IMG/VR virus record: IMGVR_UViG_3300031456_000013
Coordinates: 1-40,256 of that record
From: a virus
DNA: 40,256 nt
Strand: one strand, 5' to 3'
Each line of letters begins with the position of its first letter. Position 1 is the stretch's first letter. Below, piece by piece: positions 6,420 through 14,717 of this stretch. The position numbers and the translations under genes are program-made. The notes beneath the pieces were generated by a model. That model saw only the letters and a program-made list of their open reading frames with translations. It was not told where the DNA came from and made no database searches.

Positions 6420-7466
6420 CTAATCGTCATAACCCTCAAACATCACTGCACCTAGGTTTATCTCGCCTGCATGTTCACGCTTCCCAAAGGCTTTGAGTTT
6501 GTCAATCAGGTAACTAACGAATTCTGCTTGGTCCATGTTGAAACTAATCTCTATCTCTGCTTTTCCGTTGTATATGATCGCGTATTTGTCTTTGATTTCC
6601 AGCGCGTTCCAGTGGTTAATCTTTTTAAATTCCTCTGCAAAAGCCTTGTTCGCTTCGGAGTTTTCGGTAGGGACATTTGCGTTGGTCTTGAGGAGTCGCT
6701 GCATATAGGCGCCTTTGGATTTGACTTTCTTGGCACAGCAGGCTTGGTACACTTCGTCTAATCTCTTCATAGGATATTGTTTTGCCCACCAGGCGAGTGT
6801 TTCTGTGGTTGTATCAATGCCGAGCGAGGAAAGCCATTGCAGTGTTTCAGATTGTTCCGCAGAGAGCTTAAACTTAGAAGAAAACAAAGTCCAATCAATG
6901 TGTAAACAAGGCAACGTCCCTCCAACGTCCTGATGCTTAACGGTTGGCTGCTCAGGAGGTTTAGCTGGCTCTGGAGTTATGAACTTTTCCACAGGCAACG
7001 AAGACAATGTCTTATCAAAGTCTAGTTCCGTCTTTGGTTGAGTAGTCTTTGGTAATAGAACAGGATCACCCGTAGCTGGTACACCCGTAGCTGGTACATC
7101 CTGTTCTGGTATCTTTTTTTGAAAATCCGGGTTCGGCATGGGGTAAACATCGTACCTATGGTGCCACTGTCCTTCAGCGTTTTGGTATTTGGTGTACTTG
7201 ACATAACCAGCGTCTCTCAGCTCTTTAATAAGTTTTTGTATAGCGTCTCTCTTGCCGCCTTTTTGGTTACCTATATAGATCTTAGCTAATTGCCATACAT
7301 GAACTTGCCAATTAGGGTCGCGAGACAAGATGTACCAAAGCAAACCTTTCGCTGCCCAAGATAGGTTAGGGTCTGCTGGCGTTGTGTTACTTGTAATGGT
7401 GAATTGAGAGTCTAATCGTACATTGTGGATAGTAGAAGTAGATGTGTTGGAAGGGGATGTGATCAT
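6420..7466 (-). CDS. Winged-helix replication-initiator-like / DnaD-like protein, reverse-oriented inside the late operon
   Basis: Strong RBS (AAGGAG, 7 nt, ATG). N-terminal LSWAAKGLLWYILS...WQLAKIY...AIQKLIKELRDAGYVKY winged-helix-like segment. P/T-rich linker. Helical C-terminal domain (LSAEQSETLQWLSSLGI...AYMQRLLK). Function is inferred only. Confidence 0.75.
   Translation of the reverse strand: MITSPSNTSTSTIHNVRLDSQFTITSNTTPADPNLSWAAKGLLWYILSRDPNWQVHVWQLAKIYIGNQKGGKRDAIQKLIKELRDAGYVKYTKYQNAEGQWHHRYDVYPMPNPDFQKKIPEQDVPATGVPATGDPVLLPKTTQPKTELDFDKTLSSLPVEKFITPEPAKPPEQPTVKHQDVGGTLPCLHIDWTLFSSKFKLSAEQSETLQWLSSLGIDTTTETLAWWAKQYPMKRLDEVYQACCAKKVKSKGAYMQRLLKTNANVPTENSEANKAFAEEFKKINHWNALEIKDKYAIIYNGKAEIEISFNMDQAEFVSYLIDKLKAFGKREHAGEINLGAVMFEGYDD
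7067..7096. repeat. Perfect 15-nt tandem duplication inside CDS 6420..7466
   Basis: CACCCGTAGCTGGTA occurs twice in tandem. It encodes the PATGVPATG repeat in the linker. Confidence 0.9.
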
Positions 7467-7498
7467 AGTGGTTCTCCTTGAGTGAATCTATGCTTCGC

Positions 7499-7587
7499 AA
7501 AAAATCCAGGAGGCCACTATAATCAAAGATGTCTAATTCTTCGATTATCTTTCTGTCAAAAGTGTGGGTTTTTTTCCTGGATTTTTT
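7499..7587. repeat. 13-bp perfect inverted repeat pair flanking the upstream region of the reversed gene
   Basis: AAAAAATCCAGGA (7499-7511) and TCCTGGATTTTTT (7575-7587), 63 nt apart. A perfect minus-strand TTGACA (7554-7559) lies between the arms. Confidence 0.85.
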
Positions 7588-7609
7588 GCTCAGCAAGTTA
7601 GCGGTTAAA

Positions 7610-7643
7610 AGCTCAATCCTTCGGGGTTGGGCTTTTCTGTTTT
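7610..7643 (+). terminator. Putative rho-independent terminator (plus strand)
   Basis: AGCTCAATCC-TTCG-GGGTTGGGCT (10-bp stem with 2 G-U pairs, tetraloop) followed by TTTCTGTTTT. The G-U pairs become C-A mismatches on the minus strand. Confidence 0.5.
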
Positions 7644-7732
7644 ATATACGTCTAAAAATACCTTACCTACCCCAATCTCGTCAAAGCCAAACTCAAGTGC
7701 ATAAACTTCTTGCATGTAAATTAAAAAAAAGC

Positions 7733-7762
7733 TTTACTCGCGTGTAGAATGTAAAGTAAAAT
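7733..7762 (+). promoter_or_regulatory. Weak candidate promoter for the portal operon
   Basis: TTTACT, 18-nt spacer, TAAAAT, about 22 nt upstream of ATG 7785. Confidence 0.25.
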
Positions 7763-7784
7763 ATTTAATGCAATAGGCCGCTGA

Positions 7785-9752
7785 ATGCCGATGGACTCCG
7801 ATATAGTCAGTGATTTTACGCAAGACTACAATCGCGCCTATATGCTTCTAAACACTTACTATGCAGAGGCTTATCGCGACGTTGGTTTCTATCTCGGAAA
7901 TCAGTGGAGCTTGGACCAGATGAAGTACTTGAATGACGAGCGGCGCAATTCGTTCACGTTTAACAAGTCGCGCAAGACTATCAACATGGTCAGCGGCTAC
8001 CTCAGTGCGAACCAAATGCAGAGCCAAGTCGTCGCGCGAGAGAACTCAAATCCTCAGACTGCAGCGCAACTTTCAGATTTACTTCAGACACAGATGCAGC
8101 CCAAAGGGTACAAGGCGATAAGTAAAGCCAAACACAACAGTCTAGTGTCTGGAGTTTGTTGGATTTCACCGTGGGTTGACTATCGACAAGACTATGTGAA
8201 TGGCCGAATCGATTTTCACCTGGACAATTGGAATGACGTCATTTGGGACCCATTCAGCAGCCGTATGGACCTCGAAGACTGCACGTTTGTGGCTAGACGC
8301 AAGTACCTTAGCAAGGACGTGATCAAGAGTTTAGTGCCTGGTTGTGAGAGAGAAGTCGATGCAATGGGCTACGGCAATAGGGACGAGAAGTTCACTTATG
8401 AGCCTTACGCACGCCAATGGGGTCTACAAGAGTTACTAGCCTACAACGAATATTGGAAGCAGCGATACAAAAAAGGCTGGCTACTGGTTGATAAGACAAC
8501 TGGGGAGCAGAAACCGTGGAAGGGCGACAAGAAGCGTTTGGACATGTTGAAGCAGTTCTTTCCGAACCTTGCAGTTATTGAGGGATACTATCGGACAGTC
8601 GAGTACAACATCATCGTGGAAAACCGTCTCTTGTATAGCGGTGAAGACCCTTGGGGCATTGGAGAGTATCCTTTTGTTCCCTACTACTGTGTATTTGACC
8701 CTTCGTATGACCTATTTCAATGGAAGATACAAGGGTTACAGAGGCTCCTGCGCGACTCTAACGAAGAATACAACATGCGCAAGAGCAAACTACTCGACAT
8801 CATGGATTCTCAGATCGGTAGTGGATGGAAAGCGAAGTCTGGAGCGGTATCTAACCCTAAAGCGCTGTTCCAAACTGGTCAGGGAAAGGTTGTCTTCTTT
8901 AACCCTGGCTTCGAGATATCTGACGCAGAGAGGATTGATCCACCCAATATTCCAGAGAGCTTGTTCGCGCTTCAAGAGTCATTCGATGCTGATATCAAGG
9001 ACTTTGTCGACTTAGGTGCGCTAGGGAGTGACCAGACCGACCGGATGAGTGCGATGCTGTTTAAGATGAAGCAAAGCATGGCCGTGATGCAGTTGGGTCC
9101 GATCATAGAGAATTTTAAAGAGGCCGACTACTTGCTGAACAAGAAAGTCCTCAAGATGATCCAAAAGTTCACGCCAGAGAAGGTAGAGCGGCTAATCAAA
9201 GAGCAACCAACGCCAGAGTTTTACAACGGCACATTCCTGGAATACGACATAGACTTCACTGAGATGCCTATGACTGACTACCAACGCCAGGCAGCCTTTA
9301 TGCAAGCTTGGACGATGAAGATGGGAGGTATGGACGTACCTGACGAATTGTTGTGGGAGATGTCACCGTACCCGATCAGCAAGAAGGGAATGCAACTGGT
9401 TCAACAAAGAGCACAAGCGGCACAGGCACAGCAGCAACAGGAACAAGAAGACAAGAAGCAAGTCAACGAACTCTTGCAAGCCAAAGCCTTCAGCGACATT
9501 TCCTTGGGAGAAGAGCGGCTTAGCAAGATCAAATACGACGCTGCATTGTCTGAAGAACGATTGGCAGCTGCGCAGGAAGAGAGAAGCCGCGGTGTGCTCA
9601 ACGAAGTCAGGGCGATTAAAGAGATGGACGAGATCGATATTAAGAACGCTGAGAAGCTGCTGACTATGATCCGAGGAATAGAAGAAGAGCAGAGGTTGGC
9701 TTCGGCACAAACAGTGGTTCCTCAACCGGCAGTTAGTGGGGCTAAAAAATGA
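7785..9752 (+). CDS. Portal protein
   Basis: 655 aa, the first large structural gene after terL. Long Q/E-rich helical C-terminal extension (QQRAQAAQAQQQQEQEDKK...) resembling a portal barrel. Confidence 0.88.
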   Translation: MPMDSDIVSDFTQDYNRAYMLLNTYYAEAYRDVGFYLGNQWSLDQMKYLNDERRNSFTFNKSRKTINMVSGYLSANQMQSQVVARENSNPQTAAQLSDLLQTQMQPKGYKAISKAKHNSLVSGVCWISPWVDYRQDYVNGRIDFHLDNWNDVIWDPFSSRMDLEDCTFVARRKYLSKDVIKSLVPGCEREVDAMGYGNRDEKFTYEPYARQWGLQELLAYNEYWKQRYKKGWLLVDKTTGEQKPWKGDKKRLDMLKQFFPNLAVIEGYYRTVEYNIIVENRLLYSGEDPWGIGEYPFVPYYCVFDPSYDLFQWKIQGLQRLLRDSNEEYNMRKSKLLDIMDSQIGSGWKAKSGAVSNPKALFQTGQGKVVFFNPGFEISDAERIDPPNIPESLFALQESFDADIKDFVDLGALGSDQTDRMSAMLFKMKQSMAVMQLGPIIENFKEADYLLNKKVLKMIQKFTPEKVERLIKEQPTPEFYNGTFLEYDIDFTEMPMTDYQRQAAFMQAWTMKMGGMDVPDELLWEMSPYPISKKGMQLVQQRAQAAQAQQQQEQEDKKQVNELLQAKAFSDISLGEERLSKIKYDAALSEERLAAAQEERSRGVLNEVRAIKEMDEIDIKNAEKLLTMIRGIEEEQRLASAQTVVPQPAVSGAKK

Positions 9753-9994
9753 ACAACGATGGATGGGGTTTCCTTGGTGCAGGAGCGAGTGATATGAGAC
9801 AGGCGGGCAAAGATCTTCAGCACAATAAACAAACGCGCACAGCGTACGAAAACCCCACTGGTGAGGCTCGTATGGTTCGGAAGCAATCGGGATCAGGCGG
9901 CCCAATGAAAGAAGCGCTGGATCAAGAGATGTCGCGGCACAAGGAATCAAAAGACATGCGGGTTAAACATCTGCAAGAACATTACATGCGATAG
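9749..9994 (+). CDS. Hypothetical protein
   Basis: ATGA overlap with the portal stop. 81 aa, polar/basic. Confidence 0.55.
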   Translation: MNNDGWGFLGAGASDMRQAGKDLQHNKQTRTAYENPTGEARMVRKQSGSGGPMKEALDQEMSRHKESKDMRVKHLQEHYMR

Positions 9995-10003
9995 GAGTTG
10001 GCG

Positions 10004-10333
10004 ATGAAGGAACAAAGATGGCGGGGCGACTACCAGACTATAAGCCAAGAGTTTGCATCGTCTAGAGATCAAGAGGATATGGGACTGGCAGACGTTAATA
10101 GAAGCTATGGAAACGACTATCTTGCTGGAGCAGAGCGCCGATTAGACAGATATCAAACAGCCGAACTTGAACCCAGTTGGGCATCACAGCTAGATAATGT
10201 CGGGTCACAGCCTCACGCGCGAGAGTATTTGGAACGAGAGATGAACTGCATGAGAAGTGAGCGGCAGTACGAGATGATTGGCGGCCAAATGATTGACTAC
10301 CCAGACGGCATTCACTTCGGAGACAAGCCCTAA
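10004..10333 (+). CDS. Hypothetical protein (ORF track start TTG 9998)
   Basis: GGAG lies 7 nt before ATG 10004. 109 aa. Confidence 0.55.
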   Translation: MKEQRWRGDYQTISQEFASSRDQEDMGLADVNRSYGNDYLAGAERRLDRYQTAELEPSWASQLDNVGSQPHAREYLEREMNCMRSERQYEMIGGQMIDYPDGIHFGDKP

Positions 10334-10569
10334 TGGAGCAGGAATTCGAATGTGAAATCTGCAAAGAGCGAGTCAAAAAGATTAACGCTAGGCAGAGATT
10401 TTGTTCTTACGATTGCAGGGAAAAACATAGGCGAGATGAAGTGATACGTAAATGGGTAGAGAAAAAGCCTAGGAAGCCTGATCCGGATAAAGGTGCGCGT
10501 ATGGAGAGGTCGGCGTTGTACAATAGCACAGGTGGATGGATGCGTAAGTTCTCTAGTGTAAGGGGGTAG
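10333..10569 (+). CDS. Small Zn-ribbon protein with a basic tail
   Basis: CEIC-x13-CSYDC followed by an R/K-rich helix. TAATG overlap with the previous gene. Confidence 0.6.
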   Translation: MEQEFECEICKERVKKINARQRFCSYDCREKHRRDEVIRKWVEKKPRKPDPDKGARMERSALYNSTGGWMRKFSSVRG

Positions 10570-10571
10570 CG

Positions 10572-10799
10572 ATGACAGCGATGTACCAAGGCGAAGGGGC
10601 TCCGATGGCTGCGGTTAACCCTATGATGCACGGAAGATTACCACAACCAGTAGCCGCTATGAGCCAAGGAAGTGAAGGGCCAGTGATGTCGGACATGCAG
10701 TTGATGCAGAACGACGAACGCAGGCAACACGAGCAGAACTACATCTACGAGCAGGGACATAATGACGGAAGCGCACCAGGTTGGAGAAGTTCGTTTTAA
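10572..10799 (+). CDS. Hypothetical M/Q-rich protein
   Basis: 75-aa ORF with an AGGGGG RBS-like element upstream. Confidence 0.5.
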   Translation: MTAMYQGEGAPMAAVNPMMHGRLPQPVAAMSQGSEGPVMSDMQLMQNDERRQHEQNYIYEQGHNDGSAPGWRSSF

Positions 10800-10800
10800 G

Positions 10801-10962
10801 ATGGGAAGATCAGAGCAAATTACGTTAGGACTCAGTCGGTTACAAATGATGTTAAATCGAAGGCTCCCTAGTGATGAGTACGATGCAATGGTTCTGATTC
10901 ATCAATTGTTAGTCTTACTGAGCGACATGGTTGAAGAAAAGGTATCTAAGGATGAGCGATGA
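10801..10962 (+). CDS. Hypothetical protein (ORF opens at 10762)
   Basis: ATG 10801 lies 1 nt after the preceding stop. 53 aa. Confidence 0.45.
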   Translation: MGRSEQITLGLSRLQMMLNRRLPSDEYDAMVLIHQLLVLLSDMVEEKVSKDER

Positions 10963-11285
10963 AAGGCAATGCACCGATGAACACATTGAAGGAGCAGCCG
11001 GGTCAAACGAACAGCTACGATCCGAAGTCTCATCCACTGCCGGGCGATTGGGCGAAGGAACAGCTAGCTGGCAAGTCGGAGATGAGAACTAATGGACATG
11101 GTACACATTCGGCATCTAGTACAGAAATCGACAGAGCCTTAGCAGCAGAGAGACAGCAGCACGAGTATTGGGAGAAGTGGCAGGGGGTTAGGCCAGGCGA
11201 AGCAGTGTACGAGAACCCGAGAGAGATGCAAAACACACTACTCCCGAGCGCTAAATACGGTACTGAAGGAAGGGGCTACGGATAA
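10959..11285 (+). CDS. Hypothetical protein
   Basis: ATGA overlap with the upstream ORF. 108 aa. Confidence 0.55.
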   Translation: MKGNAPMNTLKEQPGQTNSYDPKSHPLPGDWAKEQLAGKSEMRTNGHGTHSASSTEIDRALAAERQQHEYWEKWQGVRPGEAVYENPREMQNTLLPSAKYGTEGRGYG

Positions 11286-11431
11286 TGAAATACGCGAAAC
11301 ACAAGCCCACCACAGGAAAGAAGACTACATCGCTAGATAAAGCAAGGAGCGCACTTAAGAAGGCGGAAGGGGCACACACTCCTGCGTCGATCAAAAGGAA
11401 GCTGAAATCAAACAAGGAGACAAAGAAATGA
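11285..11431 (+). CDS. 48-aa polybasic micro-protein (absent from the ORF track, below its length cut-off)
   Basis: Hand-translated: MKYAKHKPTTGKKTTSLDKARSALKKAEGAHTPASIKRKLKSNKETKK. TAATG overlap upstream and ATGA overlap downstream. Confidence 0.35.
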   Translation: MKYAKHKPTTGKKTTSLDKARSALKKAEGAHTPASIKRKLKSNKETKK

Positions 11432-11673
11432 AAGAGAATCCCTCGGGTAGACAAGGTGGATTCGAAAGCATGGAGCACTACAACGAGCGGCAGCCAATGG
11501 TAAGTCATCAAAGTGAGACTACGCCAGAGAGTGTTGCTAAAGATTGGCAGGCTGGTGTTTTCGATATGAAGGCAGAAGCAATGGATGAAGCCTACGGAAT
11601 GGCCGGTAAGCGCGATGTTGAAAAAGACTTCGGCAAGGCACATGCACAATTCAGAGAGTACAATTGGGCTTAA
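11428..11673 (+). CDS. Hypothetical protein
   Basis: 81-aa ORF in the coupled chain. Confidence 0.5.
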   Translation: MKENPSGRQGGFESMEHYNERQPMVSHQSETTPESVAKDWQAGVFDMKAEAMDEAYGMAGKRDVEKDFGKAHAQFREYNWA

Positions 11674-11674
11674 C

Positions 11675-12085
11675 ATGCAAACGACACTGATAGGACAAAC
11701 GCGAAACTCAAACATGCAACTCATGGGCGATACGAGGGAACCGATGGCGAGTGATTGCTGGACGGACGCGAATCGATTAGCCGAGATGTATTCCAAGAGT
11801 CTCAAGCATGACTTTTGGGTGTTGTACGCTGCTAAGCCTCATGTTACTAACCCTAATGCTGTCGTGGCTGGATGGGAAGTAATAGCGAAACGGCCGCCGC
11901 GTGGAATGGTTGGGGTTATGGTCTTTAAGTGGATTCATGATGAAAAGAGATTGGTAATAGAGCCAGACCTGTGCTTGCCATATGACGTGCCTCTTAGTGA
12001 GTCGGAGTTGTCGAGTAGCAGCAAGGACTATGTGCCAACAGTAGAGCAGGCAGCCAAGAAGTCGGGATCGATATTCCTGGCATAG
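11675..12085 (+). CDS. Hypothetical protein (ORF opens at 11585)
   Basis: ATG 11675 lies 1 nt after the preceding stop. 136 aa. Confidence 0.55.
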   Translation: MQTTLIGQTRNSNMQLMGDTREPMASDCWTDANRLAEMYSKSLKHDFWVLYAAKPHVTNPNAVVAGWEVIAKRPPRGMVGVMVFKWIHDEKRLVIEPDLCLPYDVPLSESELSSSSKDYVPTVEQAAKKSGSIFLA

Positions 12086-12175
12086 TTTCTTAAAAAAAAT
12101 TTGCCCTTAGTGACAAGTTTGTTTTTGAAAAACGGGCGTAATTAAGATCTGTCGCCGAGATCAAAGGAACTAGGA

Positions 12176-12937
12176 ATGAATGAATTAGATATGTCAGCCC
12201 CAGGAAGTGAGTTGTTCCCTGAGTCTGCACCAATGAAACACAACTCATACACGGACGAAAACGTAGCAGGTCATGCCGTCGATGATCTTTTCAATACGGG
12301 CGCAAAACAAAACTCAGACGACGCCGGTCAGGGGCAATTGTCCGAACAGCAACAAAACTTTCGGGCATTACGTGAGGAAATAGCCAAGGCGCAAAGCGAA
12401 CGGGAGTACTGGAAAGGGCAGGCAGAAGCTTACTCACGAATCCCCAATCGCCAACCAGAATCCGCGCAAACTACCCAACAGGACGCCTACTCGGCTCTGG
12501 ACTGGGATGACTCGCGAGACGTTAGAAAGGCATTTGAGGCAGTTAGACAAGAGAACCAATCGTTAAGACATGAGGTTAAAGACGCTCTAACTGCAATGCA
12601 GACCAAAACTAACCGTCAGGACTGGAACGCAATGGTAACCCAGCACGTACCGCAACTCACTAGTAAGAACCCGATATTCGCCGAGATGATTCAAAACGCG
12701 AGCAATCCTTACGAGGCAGCGTACTTACTGGCAGAGCTTAACGCACGAGGATCGAATCCTGCTCCACAAGCTGCGCCACAACAAAGCAATGGGCAGAGAG
12801 CGGTGCAGAATGCGTACAAACCTCAGTCGCTTGCAAGTGTGGGTGGCCAAGGTCAATTGAGCGCTGCTGACTACTACGCAAGTATGTCTGACGAGGATTT
12901 TAACAAGATCGCTGCGAGGAACCTGGCCAATATCTAA
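12176..12937 (+). CDS. Putative scaffolding protein
   Basis: 253 aa, Q/E/A-rich helical, immediately upstream of the major capsid gene. Confidence 0.65.
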   Translation: MNELDMSAPGSELFPESAPMKHNSYTDENVAGHAVDDLFNTGAKQNSDDAGQGQLSEQQQNFRALREEIAKAQSEREYWKGQAEAYSRIPNRQPESAQTTQQDAYSALDWDDSRDVRKAFEAVRQENQSLRHEVKDALTAMQTKTNRQDWNAMVTQHVPQLTSKNPIFAEMIQNASNPYEAAYLLAELNARGSNPAPQAAPQQSNGQRAVQNAYKPQSLASVGGQGQLSAADYYASMSDEDFNKIAARNLANI

Positions 12938-12951
12938 TCCAAAAGGTTGAT

Positions 12952-13896
12952 ATGCCAATTACCACAACTTCACAAGTACCTCCAGAAGTGAGGACTTATT
13001 TCGATAGGCTGTTACTCACACTAGCACGCCCATACTACATCTACGACATGTTTGCGCAAAAGAGAACGATTCCATTGAACTCTGGCGACCAAATGGTGTT
13101 TAGACGCTACAGTACCTTGTCCGCTGCCACAGTGCCCATTCAGGACGGTACAACTCCTCCTGGCGATGCATTATCCGTTACAGACTTTAGCACACAGATC
13201 AAATGGTACGGCAATTTCGTCGTTATCACAGATCAGGTCCAGTTCACAGTGCAGGATAGAGTGTTAAATGAGTCAACTAGAGTTTTAAGTTTACAACTCG
13301 GCCTCACAATCGACACCTTGATACGCAATATGATGGTCGCTACAGCCTCTTCTATCCTAGCCTCAAACGGTATCAATGGCGGAACACCTACAGAGATAAC
13401 TACAGCGGACATTAAGACTGCCGTACGTGCTCTTCGGTTGGGTAACGCTAGACTGATGACGAAACCAATCCCTGGGGAAAATCGCTTTGCGACATCTCCA
13501 GTTCGTAGCTCCTATTGGGGTTTCATGGATGTTTCGATTCAGAATGACCTTGAAGCTTGTGCCGACTTCCTCAGTGCCGCGAACTACCCGAACCCTATGG
13601 ATGCGCTTGAAGCTGAATGGGGTTCTACTAACAACGTACGCTGGCTCTTGAGCACTAACGGCTACTCTACTGCCGCAGCTACACCAGTATGGAGCAACAT
13701 CATCCTTGGCCAAGAGGCTTATGGTGTTGTCAAGTTAGGTAGCAAAGAAGCTGAGTTTATCGTTAAACCTCTCGGTTCTAGCGGTACATCTGACCCATTA
13801 AACCAGCGCGGTTCCGTAGGGTACAAATATCCGTTTGCCACTCGCCTATTGAATGACAACTGGATCACACGCCTTTTGTCAACTCAAAGACTGTAA
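12952..13896 (+). CDS. Major capsid protein (HK97 fold; resembles the N4 gp56 family by recollection)
   Basis: 314 aa directly after the scaffold-like gene. N-terminus PPEVRTYFDRLLLTLARPYYIYDMFAQKRTIPLNSGDQMVFRRY is typical of that capsid family. Confidence 0.82.
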   Translation: MPITTTSQVPPEVRTYFDRLLLTLARPYYIYDMFAQKRTIPLNSGDQMVFRRYSTLSAATVPIQDGTTPPGDALSVTDFSTQIKWYGNFVVITDQVQFTVQDRVLNESTRVLSLQLGLTIDTLIRNMMVATASSILASNGINGGTPTEITTADIKTAVRALRLGNARLMTKPIPGENRFATSPVRSSYWGFMDVSIQNDLEACADFLSAANYPNPMDALEAEWGSTNNVRWLLSTNGYSTAAATPVWSNIILGQEAYGVVKLGSKEAEFIVKPLGSSGTSDPLNQRGSVGYKYPFATRLLNDNWITRLLSTQRL

Positions 13897-13912
13897 CCAA
13901 TAGGAGAGAGAA

Positions 13913-14653
13913 ATGAGCCAATATAGAAATGGAATCATCACAAGCACTGGAGCAGCCGTAAGTTTAAACCTTGGCTTCGTTCCAGATCGCTTCACCATCA
14001 TCAACAAAACGGTACTAGACGCTGCCTCAGCTACACCTGCAGTAGGAAAATCTGAGTGGATCAATGGTATCGTCGCTAGTGACAAAGCATACATCACGAC
14101 CTTCACTTCCGGTGCTGGTGTCGTTACGTTGCTGGCCTCTAACGGTGTCACTCCTGTCAACTCGGGCGGTAACTGGCTCAACACATTGTACACAATCGAC
14201 ACGATCTCCAATGCAAATCCAGGCATCGTAACTGTATCGACTATTGCTCCTACCAATTCTATGACCCTCGTGAATGGAATGACCTTCACTATCTCTGGGG
14301 TTAACGGACTTGTGGGGCTCAATACGAATCGCTATGTGGTCACAGGTTTAACAATTGTCGGTGGCGGTCCTACTTACACTTTCAACTTGTATGACACCTT
14401 CGGTAACCCTGTAAACACAACAAGCTCAGGGACATTCACAACATCTCCTAACGCGCAGATGGATGTGATTTCGTATCCTCCTACAGCTCCGGTATTGAAC
14501 GCCACAACTGGTCAGGTAATAACTCCAGGCCAGCCAGCAGGTAACCAATATGACACGGGATTCGCGGGGGTAACTCTTGGCACAGGTGTAGTGGGCGCAA
14601 GTACCAACATCTTGTACTGGGAAGCATTCTTAGAAACACCGACAGGCTACTAA
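13913..14653 (+). CDS. Capsid decoration / head-fibre-like protein with a beta-barrel module
   Basis: Follows the capsid gene with a GGAGAG RBS. Contains NPGIVTVSTIAPTNSMTLVNGMTFTISGVNGLVGLNTNRYVVTGL, a module repeated in the next gene. Confidence 0.7.
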   Translation: MSQYRNGIITSTGAAVSLNLGFVPDRFTIINKTVLDAASATPAVGKSEWINGIVASDKAYITTFTSGAGVVTLLASNGVTPVNSGGNWLNTLYTIDTISNANPGIVTVSTIAPTNSMTLVNGMTFTISGVNGLVGLNTNRYVVTGLTIVGGGPTYTFNLYDTFGNPVNTTSSGTFTTSPNAQMDVISYPPTAPVLNATTGQVITPGQPAGNQYDTGFAGVTLGTGVVGASTNILYWEAFLETPTGY

Positions 14654-14666
14654 TAGTCTAACCAAA

Positions 14667-14702
14667 AACCCCCTCACAGCTCGTCTAGAGTTATGGGGGG
14701 TT
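14667..14702 (+). other. Intergenic stem-loop after the decoration-like gene (no U-tract)
   Basis: AACCCCC ... GGGGGTT (7 bp) with a 22-nt loop that holds a small inner CTC/GAG stem. Confidence 0.3.
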
Positions 14703-14717
14703 AAACAAAGAGGGCGA

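Noticed and set aside
6236-6496. Plus-strand ORF 6236..6496 spanning the terL / initiator gap
   Set aside because: It overlaps both flanking genes and is S/L-rich with no RBS. It is likely spurious.
7387-7596. Minus-strand ORF 7387..7596 (69 aa) upstream of the initiator-like gene
   Set aside because: It has a TTG start and no RBS, and overlaps the start of 6420..7466 by 80 nt in another frame. Its KKSRKK and LLDFL stretches are simply the two arms of the inverted repeat. More likely this is regulatory DNA.
7933-9015. Plus-strand alternate-frame ORFs inside the portal gene (7933..8121, 8569..9015)
   Set aside because: They are nested in the portal frame and are R/S/T-rich with no RBS.
9363-14322. 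Other long antisense ORFs in the head module (9363..9950, 11251..11805, 13363..13713, 13879..14322)
   Set aside because: Each is embedded opposite a tightly coupled plus-strand gene chain. None has an SD, and their translations are low-complexity.
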